From Lama guanicoe (lineage: Eukaryota), in assembly GCA_013239625.1 (NCBI GenBank), contig MU054391.1:1672711-1736710 (forward strand): a DNA stretch of 64,000 nt, written 5' to 3'. The notes beneath the pieces were generated by a model. That model was given only the letters and a program-made list of their open reading frames with translations. It was not told the DNA's origin and searched no databases. Below, in pieces: positions 51,201 through 64,000 of this stretch (the stretch's first letter is position 1; the number at the start of each line of letters is the position of its first letter). Both the position numbers and the translations under genes were made by a program.

Positions 51201-53353
51201 GCTTCCTGCTGCCCAGGAATGTCCTTGTTCCGATGTTTACGCTGGGCAGCAGGGCGAGGGCGGAGGAGGAAGTCTGGGGGAGAAAAGCGAGTTCGGGGCT
51301 TGTAGCGTCAAGAGCTCAGGACGCTGCAGATTCTCGTCCCTGCAAAGTAAAGCTTGGCGTCACAGCAGAGCCCCTTCGGGGGACCGTACCCCGAGCGTCG
51401 TGGGGCAGTGACGCGGCAGCTGGACGCCCGCCCTCTGCTCAGCTCCTGGTCCCACTCAGCGCGTCCGCGTTGGGTGAATGAACGAAGCCGCTCGGCTTCC
51501 CTCTGACCTTGCAGACAGTCTGTGATGCTCGCAGTGCACAGCGACCCCAGGGCAGAGACGGACGGCGGCAGCACCGGAGCCCAGGGAGCGGCTCCGCCCC
51601 GGGCGCGCAGGGAGACACGACTGGGTGGGCTGTGGACTCCGTATTCAAGGAATGCTCCGTCCAGTGGGGGAGGTGGGACGTGGGTGGGGACCCCGCTGGC
51701 TCCTGACTCGGAATCTTGAAGGTTACGCCAACCCTGCCCTCTTGGTCGGCCCCCCTCTGATGCAGGCACGGGACCACTGTCCTTCCCGCCTTAAAGCCGG
51801 CGGGGGCGTCTGGGGGTCCCTAAGCGTGAGATCTGAGTGCTGTCTGCTCACAGCCCGCCTGTCTCTTCCCACCCCACCAGGCAGGTGTCCCTTCTTCTCC
51901 TCTCTCTGCCTGTGGCTGCATCTTCCTGGCTCAGCAGGCTTCCCTTAAAAGCCACTTCATCAGGGAGGCCTTTTCTGATCTCAGACTAAATTGCGGCCCT
52001 TTTGCTGAAGTTCTTGCCTCCTTTTGTCCTTGGACCCCGTGCTGCTAATGAGAAATCTCTGTCAATCTCATGCTCATTCACACGCATGCGGTGTTTAAAA
52101 ATTCCTTCTCCCTTGGTCGCTGAGAGAACGTCCTCTTTATTCTTGTCACTCCGCGCTGTCTCTGACTCGTCCGGGTTATTCCCCCCGGTTCCTCCTGCTG
52201 CTGCTCTGCGGGCCCTTCCTTAGCGCTGGGAAATCACAGCCATTAAGCCCTCCCAGCGGTCACGGCTTCGAAGGCCTGCCCTCCTCTCTGGAGCTCCTGT
52301 AAGATGGATGCTGGAGCTGGGGCGGCTTTTCCTTCCACTCTCCACGTGACGCCTTCAAAACGGAAGTAAGACTTTCCTCTCCTTCTGTGCCAGCGTTGCC
52401 TCGTGAGGAGCCCTGCGTGCTCATCTCTCGCTTCAGGAATTCGCCTTTGTCACGGGCCCCTGTTACTCAGCCTGCCTGTAATTTATTTCAGAAATTGATT
52501 TCATGCGTGAGTCTCCGGCCGGTCCTCTTCATCCCTGTCTGCTCTTGCTCGTGGACGCCTGTTCCCTGGTTTTAGAGGGGATACCCAGGGTCTGATTTCA
52601 GAGCTTGGTCCTGGGGCCCCGTGAGTCCACCTTCCTGTGTTATCACCGCTCGCCCCCGCCGTCGCTGTCCCTCCAGTGCCCTGCTGATTCTTGGTGGTGA
52701 GATCAGTCTGTTCGTGGGGGTTGCTTGCTAGACGATCAGCGCTTCTCCAAGGGTGGCCCCGGCAGCAGCTTCCTTTCTTTTGAGAAGATAAGGAAAAAGC
52801 CTGAGAACTACCCAGAGAGCCAAGGGCCCCAGGCGTGTGCCAAGCATGTGGACTCCCTTCGGCAGTGGCTCTGCGGTGCCGCTGCAGCCGTGGCAGGCAC
52901 GTGGCAGGGACGTGCCGGCCCTGCCTCCTGCATCTTGTTGGCACGCACTTCGCTTTTCTCCATGTTCACCTGTGTTTAAAGGAAGCATCCCCGCCTTCAG
53001 GCCAGATGATGGGTCTGGGGGATTTTATGGGGAATCTGTAATCCCAGCTGAGCCTCTCACCGAGGGGTGGTTCGTGCACCTGAGTGTCGGCTGCTCTGTG
53101 CACACCTGGGACGGTCCAGTGGCCACGGGTCAGCAGCCACACGCGCTCACAGGAGGAAGGCCCCACCGTGACCTTGAGGGGGCCACGTGGCGATGACTGT
53201 GGTCTGGAACAGGGTCCCAGTTGCAGGAGAAGGGATCTGGGAGGAGGGCCCTGCCCCTGCGCAGGAGCGTGTGCCCCGGGGAGGGGGGTGCTCACACCAA
53301 AGGGACAAGGGCGTGCCCAGAGGGACCGAGTCAGGCAGGAAGCAGAGCCCTGA

Positions 53354-54114
<761 letters not shown>

Positions 54115-54502
54115 AGGAGAGACAGCACAGATTTGGGTGGGGATGGGGGTGTTACACTGTGGCCCCCCCATTTATGGCTGATGGACCCTAATCACCTTGA
54201 ATCTGCTTCCTCACTAGTAAGTAGTGTAGTTCTGCCCGCCCCGGGCACTGCTGAGACTGGCAGGAAATAGTCCTGCCTATATCGTAGCTGCGCAGTGCTC
54301 TGCGCTCTGTGGTGTCGACCTGTGTCATCATCAGGGTGCACTTGCTGCCTTAAAGTTCCAGACGTCATTAAGAACCGCCCACGGAAGTGCTTCATCGGCG
54401 CTCACACGCTGTTCTCTGAGAACACGCACTGGTCTTATCTATCAGCCCAGCCCGTCTCGGAACATCAGACTTAGGTGGCTTCCAGTTTTGAAAAAGTTAT
54501 TA

Positions 54503-54633
54503 TGGGGGGGGGTGTAGCTCAAGCGGCAGAGCACATGCTCAGCAAGCATGAGGTTCTGGGTTCAATCCCTGGCATCTCCTCCAAAAATAAATAAGTAAAC
54601 TTAATTACCTCCCCTGCCAAAAAAAAAAAAAAA
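54503..54633 (+). mobile_element. tRNA-derived SINE (Vic-1-like)
   Basis: gtgtagctcaagcggcagagc, gggttcaatccc, ttaattacctccc, polyA tail; TSD aaa(a/c)agtta(t/c)t(a/g)tg. Confidence 0.9.
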
Positions 54634-56809
54634 ACAGTTACTGTGACAACACAGATGGGGGTCGTTCTGTTTTTAAGCCCATGCACTTTTTTTTTTCATT
54701 TTTGACGTGTGATTTATGTACTCGCTCCATCAGCGACTCTGACAGCGGCAGACACCTGTGAAGCCCTGGTCACAGTCAGGGCCCAGAGCACATCCGTCAC
54801 CACCCTCCCTCCATCAAGCCCCGGCACTGACTTTTATTTCTTACTTCTCCTTCACTTATAACAAATTAAAAAAAAATGAATGGTTCTCATGGATCAAAGT
54901 TCAAAGACACAGAAATCATTCACAGGGAATGGTCGGCTTCCTGTCCCCTCCGGGGGCCTCCCAGCAACAACCACTGTTGTGTTTATTTATCCCCACCGCG
55001 GTGCTCTGCGAATGGCCCCGTGAACGGTGTCTTCCCGCTTCTGTACGGACAGTTGCAACATGCACGGCCTGTTCTGCGTTTGCTCTTTTCACTTAACGGT
55101 GTTGCTGGAGGTCATTCCGCAGGAGGACCTGCAGGCTCGGCTCACGGTTCTCACGCAGCAACGTGGTACCCGTGCTTCATCTAACTGGCCTCCTGCTACT
55201 GGAGGGTTACGTTTCCCAGGGGTTTGCTGCACAGAATAATCTTGTTTATGCCATTCTAGCGTGGCTGGGTTCAGCTTGACGGTGACTTCCTGGCAGCGTG
55301 ATTGTAGCTGGAAACACGCGTGCATTTGAACTGCGGTAAATCTGCCCTCCGGGAGGATGGGGTCCGTACACCCTCTGCTCTCGTGTATGCTGTCTGGTGG
55401 CAGGAAGAGGCCACGTCCGTGTGGCTTAACTCAGCCTCTCTCACTATGCATGAAGTCAGCTCCTTTTTCGTGTGTTTAAGTCTTCTGTGGTCTTTTCTTT
55501 TCTCCTTTTTGGGGGCTTGTCTTTTTAAAAGCCCTTCCTGGGTCCTTTCCTTCTCGATGCCTTTGTATTTTCACTCTTCTGCTTGTATGTTCTGTACTTG
55601 TCTCTGGGTATTTCCTTCAGATAAGTTGCCGGAAGTGGAACAATGAACTTTAAAACAGGCTGTCAGCACCCCGGCCTCCTGCGGGGCCCTAGGCAGCCCT
55701 GTCTCGCTGAGCCGCCCTCCCATGTTTCGTGCTCTGGCCGCGTCTGCGGAGAAAGCTCGGGAGGGAGTGAGGGTCCCGGAGGTCCCGCCAGGAACAGGGC
55801 GTGGGTGTCGGGACAGGGGCTGGGGCCGCTGTGCGCGGGCGCCCAGCTGGCCCGGGGGTGGGCTGCACTGTCAGGGCTGTTCGTCTTCTCATCTATAAAG
55901 GGCGCGGGCGGCGACGTCACTGCTTCACAAAGTTCTTGGGTGACAGTACGTTAGCAGGCTCTCAGAGCGAAGCACTCGCCGTTTTTACTTTATTGCTGTA
56001 TTTCTCATGGAGTTGAGAGCGCAGCACATACATCGTGTCACTTGTTTTAGTGCAGAACTAATTATGAAATTTACGGGGTGATAAAATGTGCTCCTCTGTT
56101 GTCTTGTGAGGACGATGTCATGCTTCACAGTTGGGAAGTGCTCAACCCCTGCTTATGGATGGTCACAAGTTCCCTTTCATGATGCCATGTCATCGCTGTT
56201 TCTTCAAAGTCACAGTGTTTGAGTGGCAGCCGCGCCATTTCACACAAACGTGGCCTCTTGGTGGCTCTCTCCTCTGCATCAGCTGTTACCGCAGCATTTA
56301 GCTTTCTCATTGCTCTCCCTGTCCCACTTGGAAAGGCAGCGCGCGCCCGCGGCCACCGTGGATGCGCTGTTCTCGCGTCTGCGTCGCCTGACGAGAACGA
56401 ACGCTGCCGGGCAGGGAAACAGCCCAGCTCGCTCTGCTTTCCTATCAGTAACACAGAGCTGAGAGCTGTTAGGTGCTGAGTGCTTGGGGGACGCAACCTG
56501 GAGCCCCCGCGTCAGTGGCGTAGACAGGTGTGCAGACCCAGCAGGGTAAATCGAGGCAGAAGGCCACAGGGCAACGCAGAGGGGAATTTGGGCTGGATCC
56601 AGAAACTGCCTTGTTTCGAGTTTTTCCAGCATATAATAGTATTGTGTGCTCATGATAGAAGATTTATGTGCATCTAAAAGCAGTGAGCAAAATCACCTGT
56701 AACAAAATCCCCCAGCGATAACCACTGCTATTGCTATATTTCCTTTTGGGGGTGACTTCTTCTGCTTTGATGTGATTATACTGTATATATGCTTGTACCG
56801 ATTTCTTAA

Positions 56810-56934
56810 TTTTTTTTTTTTTTGCAGGGGGAGGTAATTAGGTTTATTTACTTAGAGTTTTTTTTTTTAATGGAGGGAGTGGGGTTTCAACCCAGGACCT
56901 CATGCGTGCTAGGCATGAGGTTATAACCTCCCCC
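56810..56934 (-). mobile_element. tRNA-derived SINE (Vic-1-like, A box deleted)
   Basis: polyT, ggggaggtaattaggtttattta, tcaacccaggacctc; TSD atttcttaa at 56801-56809 and 56940-56948. Confidence 0.9.
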
Positions 56935-59196
56935 TCGCTATTTCTTAAATTTAATGTTATATTTCAGGGTGAGCATTTTTCAAGCGATAAAATCATCTTA
57001 ATGAACGTCCAGTATCCATGGGTAACTGAAAATTCCACCGGGGGCAGTGTGTTCTGGAGTGGAGTCCAGGGCGGGGCTTGGGCAGGACAGAGGAACCTAG
57101 ACTGGCTGTTCACAGCCCCGTCCACCTGCCTAACAGCTAAGCAGTCGGTCCAGAAGGCGATGGTGGAGCACGGGGTTTGCTAGGGGTCGACAGCTTTGTT
57201 TTGGGGTCTTTGCTACTTCATAGAATATGGAGAACAAGTTGGCCCAGGTGGGGTGTATCTGGGTCATCAAGCAGCAGAAAGCTAGTAAGTACCCCTTTTG
57301 GGTGGTCTTTAGGAGGAGGGCTGGCCACGGCAAGATCGAACGTAAGGGAGTAAACTAGGATACAAGAACAGACACGCAGTTGATTGAAATATTTACAAGA
57401 AGATATAAAAAAGATGGGAAAGACATCGAAATGTTAGGAGTAGATATTTCTGGCCTATAGGATTATGGACATTCACGTTTTCTTCTTTAAATTCCTCTCG
57501 CACCCCCTGCAGGCTGTATGTTCGGTGTCCCCGACGGCGTGCGGGGACTGTGTTTGTGACGTTTAGCATGTTATTTTGAAGGTGGCTGTGGCTGTGGCCG
57601 GGCCTGTTGGCAGTGTGGGTTTACCTGGAGGCCAGGCGTTGGTCTGTAAGCGCTGGCCAGCTCCCTCGGACATCCCACATGCTGACGGTCACCACGGCTG
57701 CATTTGGGCTTGTCCGAGCCCAGACACCAAGAGGTGCAGCCAAGCTCCAAAGAGCTAGACCAGGTTCAGTGCGGCCAAGCGCACGGTGAGCTGTGCTCAG
57801 GCCTCAGGTGTGCTGGGGAGCTGGCCTCAGCTACAGGATGTCCCAAGTCTCCTTCCTTGCCGCAACCGCCACCCAGCTGGGGTGGCGGGATTCTGGCGGC
57901 CACCTTCCCGCCCTCCCGCATCCCCCCTTCCAGGGACTTTCCCTGCTGGTCGCTGACTGTGCGGCTGCATGGATTTCAGGATCTCCCGGAAGGTGCTCCG
58001 CTCCGGCTGCGCGGCACACGGAGAGCAGTGACCGCTGCAGGGCCAGGGGTTGGGTGGGTTGGGGGAACCTGCCGGGTTTTAGCATCGGCTCAGTTCTGCT
58101 AAGGATGGCAGTGGGGAGCATCAGTCTTGGTAGGTGTCCAGGGGCTTTTATAGACGATTTACAACGCTGTGCTAGCAGGTGGATGGCAACGTGATCCAGT
58201 CACACATAGACACACACATATGAATTCTTTTTCAGATTCTTCTTATAAGATATTGAACGGGAAGGGTGGGCTGTGGGAGGGGCAGGCCCGGTCAGCGCCA
58301 GCCTTGCCACTCACCAGCTGTGACAGCTCCGGCCCCTAGCTTCCACCCTGTGAAGGCAAAATAATAATGTACTTGGAATTACTCCCTGTTGTTTATTACA
58401 GGATGAGAGCTGGGGACTTGGGAGCGGAGCTTGGTCAGCTGCCTTATTCCTGCTTCCGAGCTGTTCCGGCATTGACCTCTGGGGGTGGGGCGGAGTCTCT
58501 CGTCGCAGACAGCCACCCTTCAGGGGGCCTCCTCAGTCACCTGGGACCGTTCTAAAGTGCTGATTCCGACTTGAGGCTGTGTTGCTGTTTCTCCAGGGCC
58601 TGCGTTAAGCCAGTTTAAATCCTTAATCCTGTTTGTGCGGTGCAGTTAGACCATTCATGCTGGTTTGTCACTTTTTAGAAATTATTTTCACTGGAATCAT
58701 TTTTTCCCATGAAAAATTTTCCAGACTCCTTGAACAGTTTAAAAATTGTATATTATTTTTCCCCACCTCACATCCTCCTAATGCCTCTGCCACTCTGAAC
58801 GCTCTCTGTGCCATTATTTGCACCTGGTGGGAATTTTCAGCTCAGTTGTGTAGAGAGGGTTCTCCCATCGATTTTTAGTTAATGACAATTTTTCCCTGCG
58901 CAGTTTTAGCCGACGTCGGTTTTGCTTTGTGATGGCTATTTCTACCAGTAACGATCTTTATGAAATGGTCAGAAGACTAAAAGCCTAAAAGCTCATATTT
59001 ATGTTTTTGCTAGTTTATGAAAAAGTATGAGAAATTCCCTTCAGATAGTTCAGAATTCCTCCCCTGTGTCCAGTCTCCCTGGGTTTTGCACACTTCCGTT
59101 CCCTCTGCGGGGGCCCATCACCTGCCGCCTCGCTCCTGACTGGAGTCTTCTCCCATCAAGGACCTGGCCCTTAGGCAATTGTTTGGAAAACATCTT

Positions 59197-59330
59197 TGGG
59201 GGGGCAGGGGGAGGTAATTAGGTCTATTTATTTATTTTTGTTTTCTTTTTTAAATGGAGGTGTTGGGGATTGAACCCAGGACCTTGTGCATTTGATAAGC
59301 ATGCACTTTGCCTCTGAGCTATACCCTCCC
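59197..59330 (-). mobile_element. tRNA-derived SINE (Vic-1-like)
   Basis: ggggattgaacccaggacc...ctgagctataccctccc; degenerate TSD caa(t/c)tgtttg...atctt. Confidence 0.9.
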
Positions 59331-60660
59331 TGCCAACTGTTTGAAGAATATCTTGACAGTCAATGTCTTGGAATGTCTTTAAAAATCTGTGGGTGACCTG
59401 GTCTGCGGCCAAGGGCCTCAGGAGCGTGTGCACCTGCCCCTCCCCAGGTTCTAGAGGGGTCTGTGGGCAGAGGCGTCCCTGCTGCCGACTGAGCGGACAG
59501 CTCTGCTCCAAGGATGCTTCCCAAACCGCAGTGCAGTGCGGGCACCAGGACCAGCTGGGGATCGAGTTACAGTGCAGTTTCGGTTTGTGGGGTAGGGGAG
59601 CTGAGATGCAGCAAGTGCACGGCCAAGTTCCTGGGGTGGGGGTGGGAGATCTCATGGTGCTGCCCGGGGGCCCGGACTGCAGGTTGGTCACGAGGGTCTG
59701 GACACCCTCCAGCTGGCGTCCTTCTCACCGCAGCTTCCACGCTGTGCGAGGCAGGGCTGGCTGCAGGAGCGTCTCCCTCTTGGGTGGATTTGCCGTGTGT
59801 GTTGGGGGGTCTCTGATCACACACTGAGCAGCCCCTGCTGGGAACTCAAAACAGCTGCAGGCGAAGTGCAGGCAGGCTGACAGAAGGCTGCCTTTTCTGG
59901 AATAACAAAGAGGGCCCGCTGTCCTTCACTGAACTGAGAGTGATCTCGTACACACAGTGCGGGGCTGGCTTTGCTGACACAACCTGCTGAAAGCGTGTCA
60001 TCTCAGCTTTCAAGGCTGCTGTTCCCCAGACACACAGCTAAGACGAGATTTGGGGGCCACCGGGGCCCCTCGGCTCCGAAGCTGCAGACCCCCCCGGCGT
60101 GTGAAGGTGGAGGGCGACCCCACGTCAGCAGTGGGCTTCCTGGGCTCCGTAATGTGCACATTATCTTCGTTAAAAATCGCTGAGGAAGCTGGATTCCAAG
60201 TGCTCTTTTTCGCCCTGTCTCCACTTCAAAGGACTGTGCGAGGTCTTCATTAAAATTAATAAGAATTACCAGCCTGCTGCGAGCTGCCCCCGTTCCTGGT
60301 GCGTGTCCAGAGGACAAATGTGCGAGGCGCACGTCTCATTAGTGGGATGGGATGGAGAAGGGCCGCCCCAGCGGCTCACAGCGCCCTGGGCTGTCAACAG
60401 GATCCAAGTGCGACCCCGCACAACCAGGGCGCCGAGATGTGTTTGCTTTTTGCAAAAAGCTTCTTGTCATTTGGAGGAGCAAGAGGAAGCAGGGAGAAGG
60501 CAGCAGAGCTCTGGGTCCCGCCCAGTCTCCGCGGGTTTGCAGCCTCACTGCCCTTCTGCCCGAGGGCGGCTTTCCAGGGAGGGTCTGTGGGTGACAGCGA
60601 GTCAGCGTCGCAGGTGACCTTGGGTTGCCTGCTGACGGCGCCAGGGGACCCAGAGACCAG

Positions 60661-61038
60661 TGCGCCAGTCGGCTGGGGCTGCCCCAACACTGCAGACACG
60701 GTGGCGTAAATGACAGACATGCATTCCCTCTCAGTCCTGGAGGCTGGAAGTCAGAGACCGCGGTGTCGGTGGGGCTGGTTCTCCCGAGGCGCCTCTCCTT
60801 GGGGAGCAGATGGCCGCCTTCTCCCTGAGCCCTCACGTGGCCGTCCCTCTGCGTGTGTCTCCCTGCTGTCTCTTCCTCGTCTGACGGCGACACCAGTCCT
60901 ACAGGATTAGTCCCTCACGCTATGACCCCATTTGACCTTGAGTACTTCCTAAAAGGCCCCATCTCCAAATTCAGTCACATCGGGGGTTGGAGCGTCAACA
61001 CACGGATCTTGGAGGGACACACAGTTCAGCCCATAAGA
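60661..61038 (-). mobile_element. MaLR MLT1-type solo LTR
   Basis: cagtcctggaggctggaagtc, cagatggccgccttctccctg, acaccagtc...ggattag, ggacacacagttcagcccataa. Confidence 0.8.
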
Positions 61039-63364
61039 GGCGGCAATGGCAGTGAGAGGCAGAAGTCCAGCCACACGCGTGAATGCGCTTTTCTGGCACG
61101 TAGCATCCCCGGAGGCGTTCTAATTTATCACCAAGGAAGGAGGAGCGAGCAGAGCTGCCTGATGGCAAGCATCTCTGCTGCTCGCTCCGGTTTGCACCTG
61201 GTGCTGGCAAGGAGCGGCGACGGTGGAATCTCAGCCAGCGCCCGTGGAGGGCTGCCCGCAGGGTCTGGGCCCCTGGACTCACCCAGGGCTGTGTTGACAC
61301 GCGGATGCTGGGGCTTGAGCTGCCGGGATCCGAGGCTGCACGTTTGTGCAGGTCCAGGTGGGGTCTGTGTTGCTGGGTGTGGACCACCCTTGGGACGGCA
61401 GCTTCCCAGCTCGGAGGTTCCACTGACAGCGACAGCGCCTGACGCTCATGCCCACCTGCCGCGTGCCCGACGAGCTTCCGGATGGAGCAGGAGTCTCCGG
61501 CAGCACCCAGGGAGGCGGCGCTGTTATTACTGTTATGACCCTTGTTTTGTGAGTCAGAATGCACAGAGATGGCGCAGCCAAATGACAGACAGAGGGCCAG
61601 CCCCGTGAACACTGCTCCTTGCGGGCGGGTGGGCTGGAGGGCAGCGCTGTGGGCCTGGGGCCTCAGACAAGTGAGAGAGGAGCAGTTATCACAGGACAAC
61701 ATTCTGCAGAGAGAAAACGGAGGCACAGAGGGACTCAGCCTTCGAAGGCAGAGCTGGGGTGCAGACCGGGGGCTGCCTGGCCCCCGCCTTGGCCTCCTGC
61801 GTCTCCAGCCTTCTCGAATCCCAAACATCAGGGGTCTCCACGCCTGGTTCTTGGACCAGTGACAGCAGCCTCACCTGGCGACTTGCAGGGACTGCCCCAC
61901 CCAGCCCCATGAGGTCCCCTCTGGGGCCGGCCCAGCCATGTGTGGTGACAGGCCCCCCGGGAGCCCCTGCCCTGAGGCCCACGGACCTGCGGGCATCTGT
62001 CCTCCCTCACCCTCAGGCTTGGGCTCCGTGCCCGCCTCCAACCCCTGCTCCGTGAGCAGCTGGGGGTCTCACCTGGCATCCGATATTCTGTGTTTGTGCC
62101 TGGTTTCTCAGAACCCAGCAGGGACCGAGTCCCACACTTCCCCAAAGGCAGGAGAGCGCTGGGGACAGGAGCTATGTGTCAGCAGCGACCTTGAATCAGC
62201 GGTAAATGTCGGCTGTGAAATCCAGAGACGGGCTGAATGCCAAAGGCGCTCCTGGCACCTGCAGCTGCGACGCATCCACAAGAGCGGGCCGTGTGCTGCG
62301 CTTGCTGCCCTCCAGCAGACGGAGCGCATCGTTGATTGCCGGTCTGTGAAGCCGGGAGGTCTTGTGGGGGGAGCGCTTTACCAGGAATCTCCCCCCGGCA
62401 CGCACCCCCGGGGCTCGTCACCCTCTGCCTGTCTGCCTGGGGCCGCGGGAGCCGTCTCGGTGGGAGCTGAGCGGAGGACGCGTTGTTCCGCGTTCCCTCT
62501 GCAGGGTCTCAGGGAGGAGCTACCCCCCAGCTCGGCAGGAGGCCCACACCTGTTCCCAACTTTTCTGGGTGGAGTCTTCTTAGTTGACAGCAGACCCTTC
62601 AGGTGACGGCCTTCACTCACCCTGGTCTGCCCCGATCTGCCCATTAAAGCCTGGCCCAGACTCCTCTGCAGTGTTTGGTCTTTTGAACAAGAAGGCGTGT
62701 TCCCCGGGCAGGAAGGTCGCTCCGTAGGCCACCATCCTCTGTCCAGTGGGAATCCGGTGGGGTTCATGTGCTGGGAGCCGTCCACCCAGCTCATGGCTGT
62801 CTGTGCAAAGCCCTCTGTCTGGGTCTCTGCCTTCCCGTCTGAAGACGCGGTTGGGTTGGGCGGTCCCCGAGGCCGCCTCCTGCCCTGGGCACTGTCCTCA
62901 CGGGACTGCCCGACGGAGCTGGAGTTTAAGTCAGCGGGTCTGCACTTCCTGTGAGGACATCATGGCTAGTGCCCAGCAGACCCTGCCGGTCACTGAGGAA
63001 ACCGTGTGAAAAGAAGCAAAACCGCGCCGAGATTCGGGCAGATGTGGCAGGAAGAGAAGCATAGACACTGAGGTCAGCCTGACATTCGTCCTGCTCAGCC
63101 CGGCTGTGCTAGCCCTCACGTCCCCACCGGGACCTCAGCACGGCCACCCCCAAGAGTTAGGGAAGGGCCACGGCGGCCTCTGAAGAAAGGGTGCAAGGCA
63201 GGTTGCCCTGACGGTGGCCCGAGGCCTTGGAACACCGCTGAGGGCAGGGTGTGCCTCCGGGACACCAGCTGTTCTCTGGGACACTCTGCCAGGGGCCGAG
63301 CAGAAACTCTGTACCGTCTGTGAGCTCAGAGCGCGTTTGTGGACAGAGGGTCCAGACAAGGGGC

Positions 63365-63700
63365 GTGTCTCAGTAGCTCATGGGACGTAACCAAATACCA
63401 CGGACGGGCGGCTGGGACCCCCGATGCTGATTGCTCACGGCTCTGGAGGCGGGGTTCCCAGGGCAGGGCGTCTACACGGTCAGGGCCTGGGGAGGACTGT
63501 CTTCCTGGGCTGCAGGTGGCTGCCTGCTCCCCATGTCCTCACCTGGTGGAGACAGGACGGCCGGCTCGGACCAGAGCATGGATCCCACCCTGGGGCCCCG
63601 CCCCCCTGATCGCCTCTAACCCCGACCACCTCCCTCCCGATGCATCACATGGAGGCTGGGGCTTCAGCCTCTGAGTTTGGGGGGCCAATTCAGCCCACAG
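63365..63700 (-). mobile_element. MaLR MLT1-type solo LTR
   Basis: gtaaccaaataccacgga, tgctcacggctctggaggc, tgtcctcacctggtggaga, caattcagcccacagca. Confidence 0.75.
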
Positions 63701-64000
63701 CAGGGGGTGATGGTGGTCAGGGCTACCTGGGGGCGTGACACGCCTGCGGAGGAGCGAAGACAGGATGCGGGAGCTGGAAGGGGGAGTTCTGAGAGAAAAC
63801 AGGTTCTAATCATTGGAAGGATTGCCCCGTGGAAGGCGTATCAAACTAGCCTTGTGTCCCTCTGGCTGTAAAACCAGAGCTTCGGCTGGAGGGAGCAGGC
63901 CAGCAAGTCAACGGAGCAACAGCTCTAGTGACGGGAGCCGTCCGGGCCGGGCCAGGAGAGTACCCCGGGGGGCTGTGGGCTGTCGCTTAGAGACGGGGGA

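Noticed and set aside
57313..57341. Possible COLEC11 exon 4 (GHGKI-like; tttag acceptor, GTAAGG donor)
   Set aside because: Only 29 nt, frame-breaking and not Gly-X-Y. The real 72-nt collagen exon (…GRHGKIGPIGSK) is not in the window.
60853..61828. Overlapping 251-aa and 277-aa ORFs in COLEC11 intron 3
   Set aside because: They span MLT1 and MIR-like repeats in GC-rich sequence and show no recognisable domain.

Overview
Mammalian, GC-rich intron-exon genomic DNA, most likely camelid: it carries tRNA-derived SINEs resembling the camelid Vic-1 family. The window holds the conserved RNASEH1-RPS7-COLEC11 neighbourhood. It contains the complete RNASEH1 CDS on the minus strand (8 coding exons, 861 nt, 286 aa, catalytic D/E/D/D intact, uORF plus two in-frame AUGs). 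It also contains the complete RPS7 CDS on the plus strand (6 coding exons, 585 nt, 194 aa, TCT/TOP-type promoter) and the 5' part of COLEC11 on the plus strand (non-coding exon 1, signal-peptide exon, first collagen exon). The rest is mostly decayed L1, L2, MIR, ERV/LTR, hAT and SINE sequence, plus a U6 retrocopy and two minisatellites. Almost all ORF-track entries are GC-rich noise. I found no convincing evidence of a wholly new biological system. The most interesting signals are: two decayed U17/SNORA73-like H/ACA snoRNA relics in RPS7 introns 4 and 6; a perfect 4x48 bp array beside an RNASEH1 splice acceptor; an in-frame uORF 3 nt upstream of the mitochondrial RNASEH1 AUG; an ERV/LTR mosaic between the two divergent promoters; and a tailless U6 retrocopy. 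Repeat-family names and cross-species comparisons come from recalled consensus sequences, not database searches.
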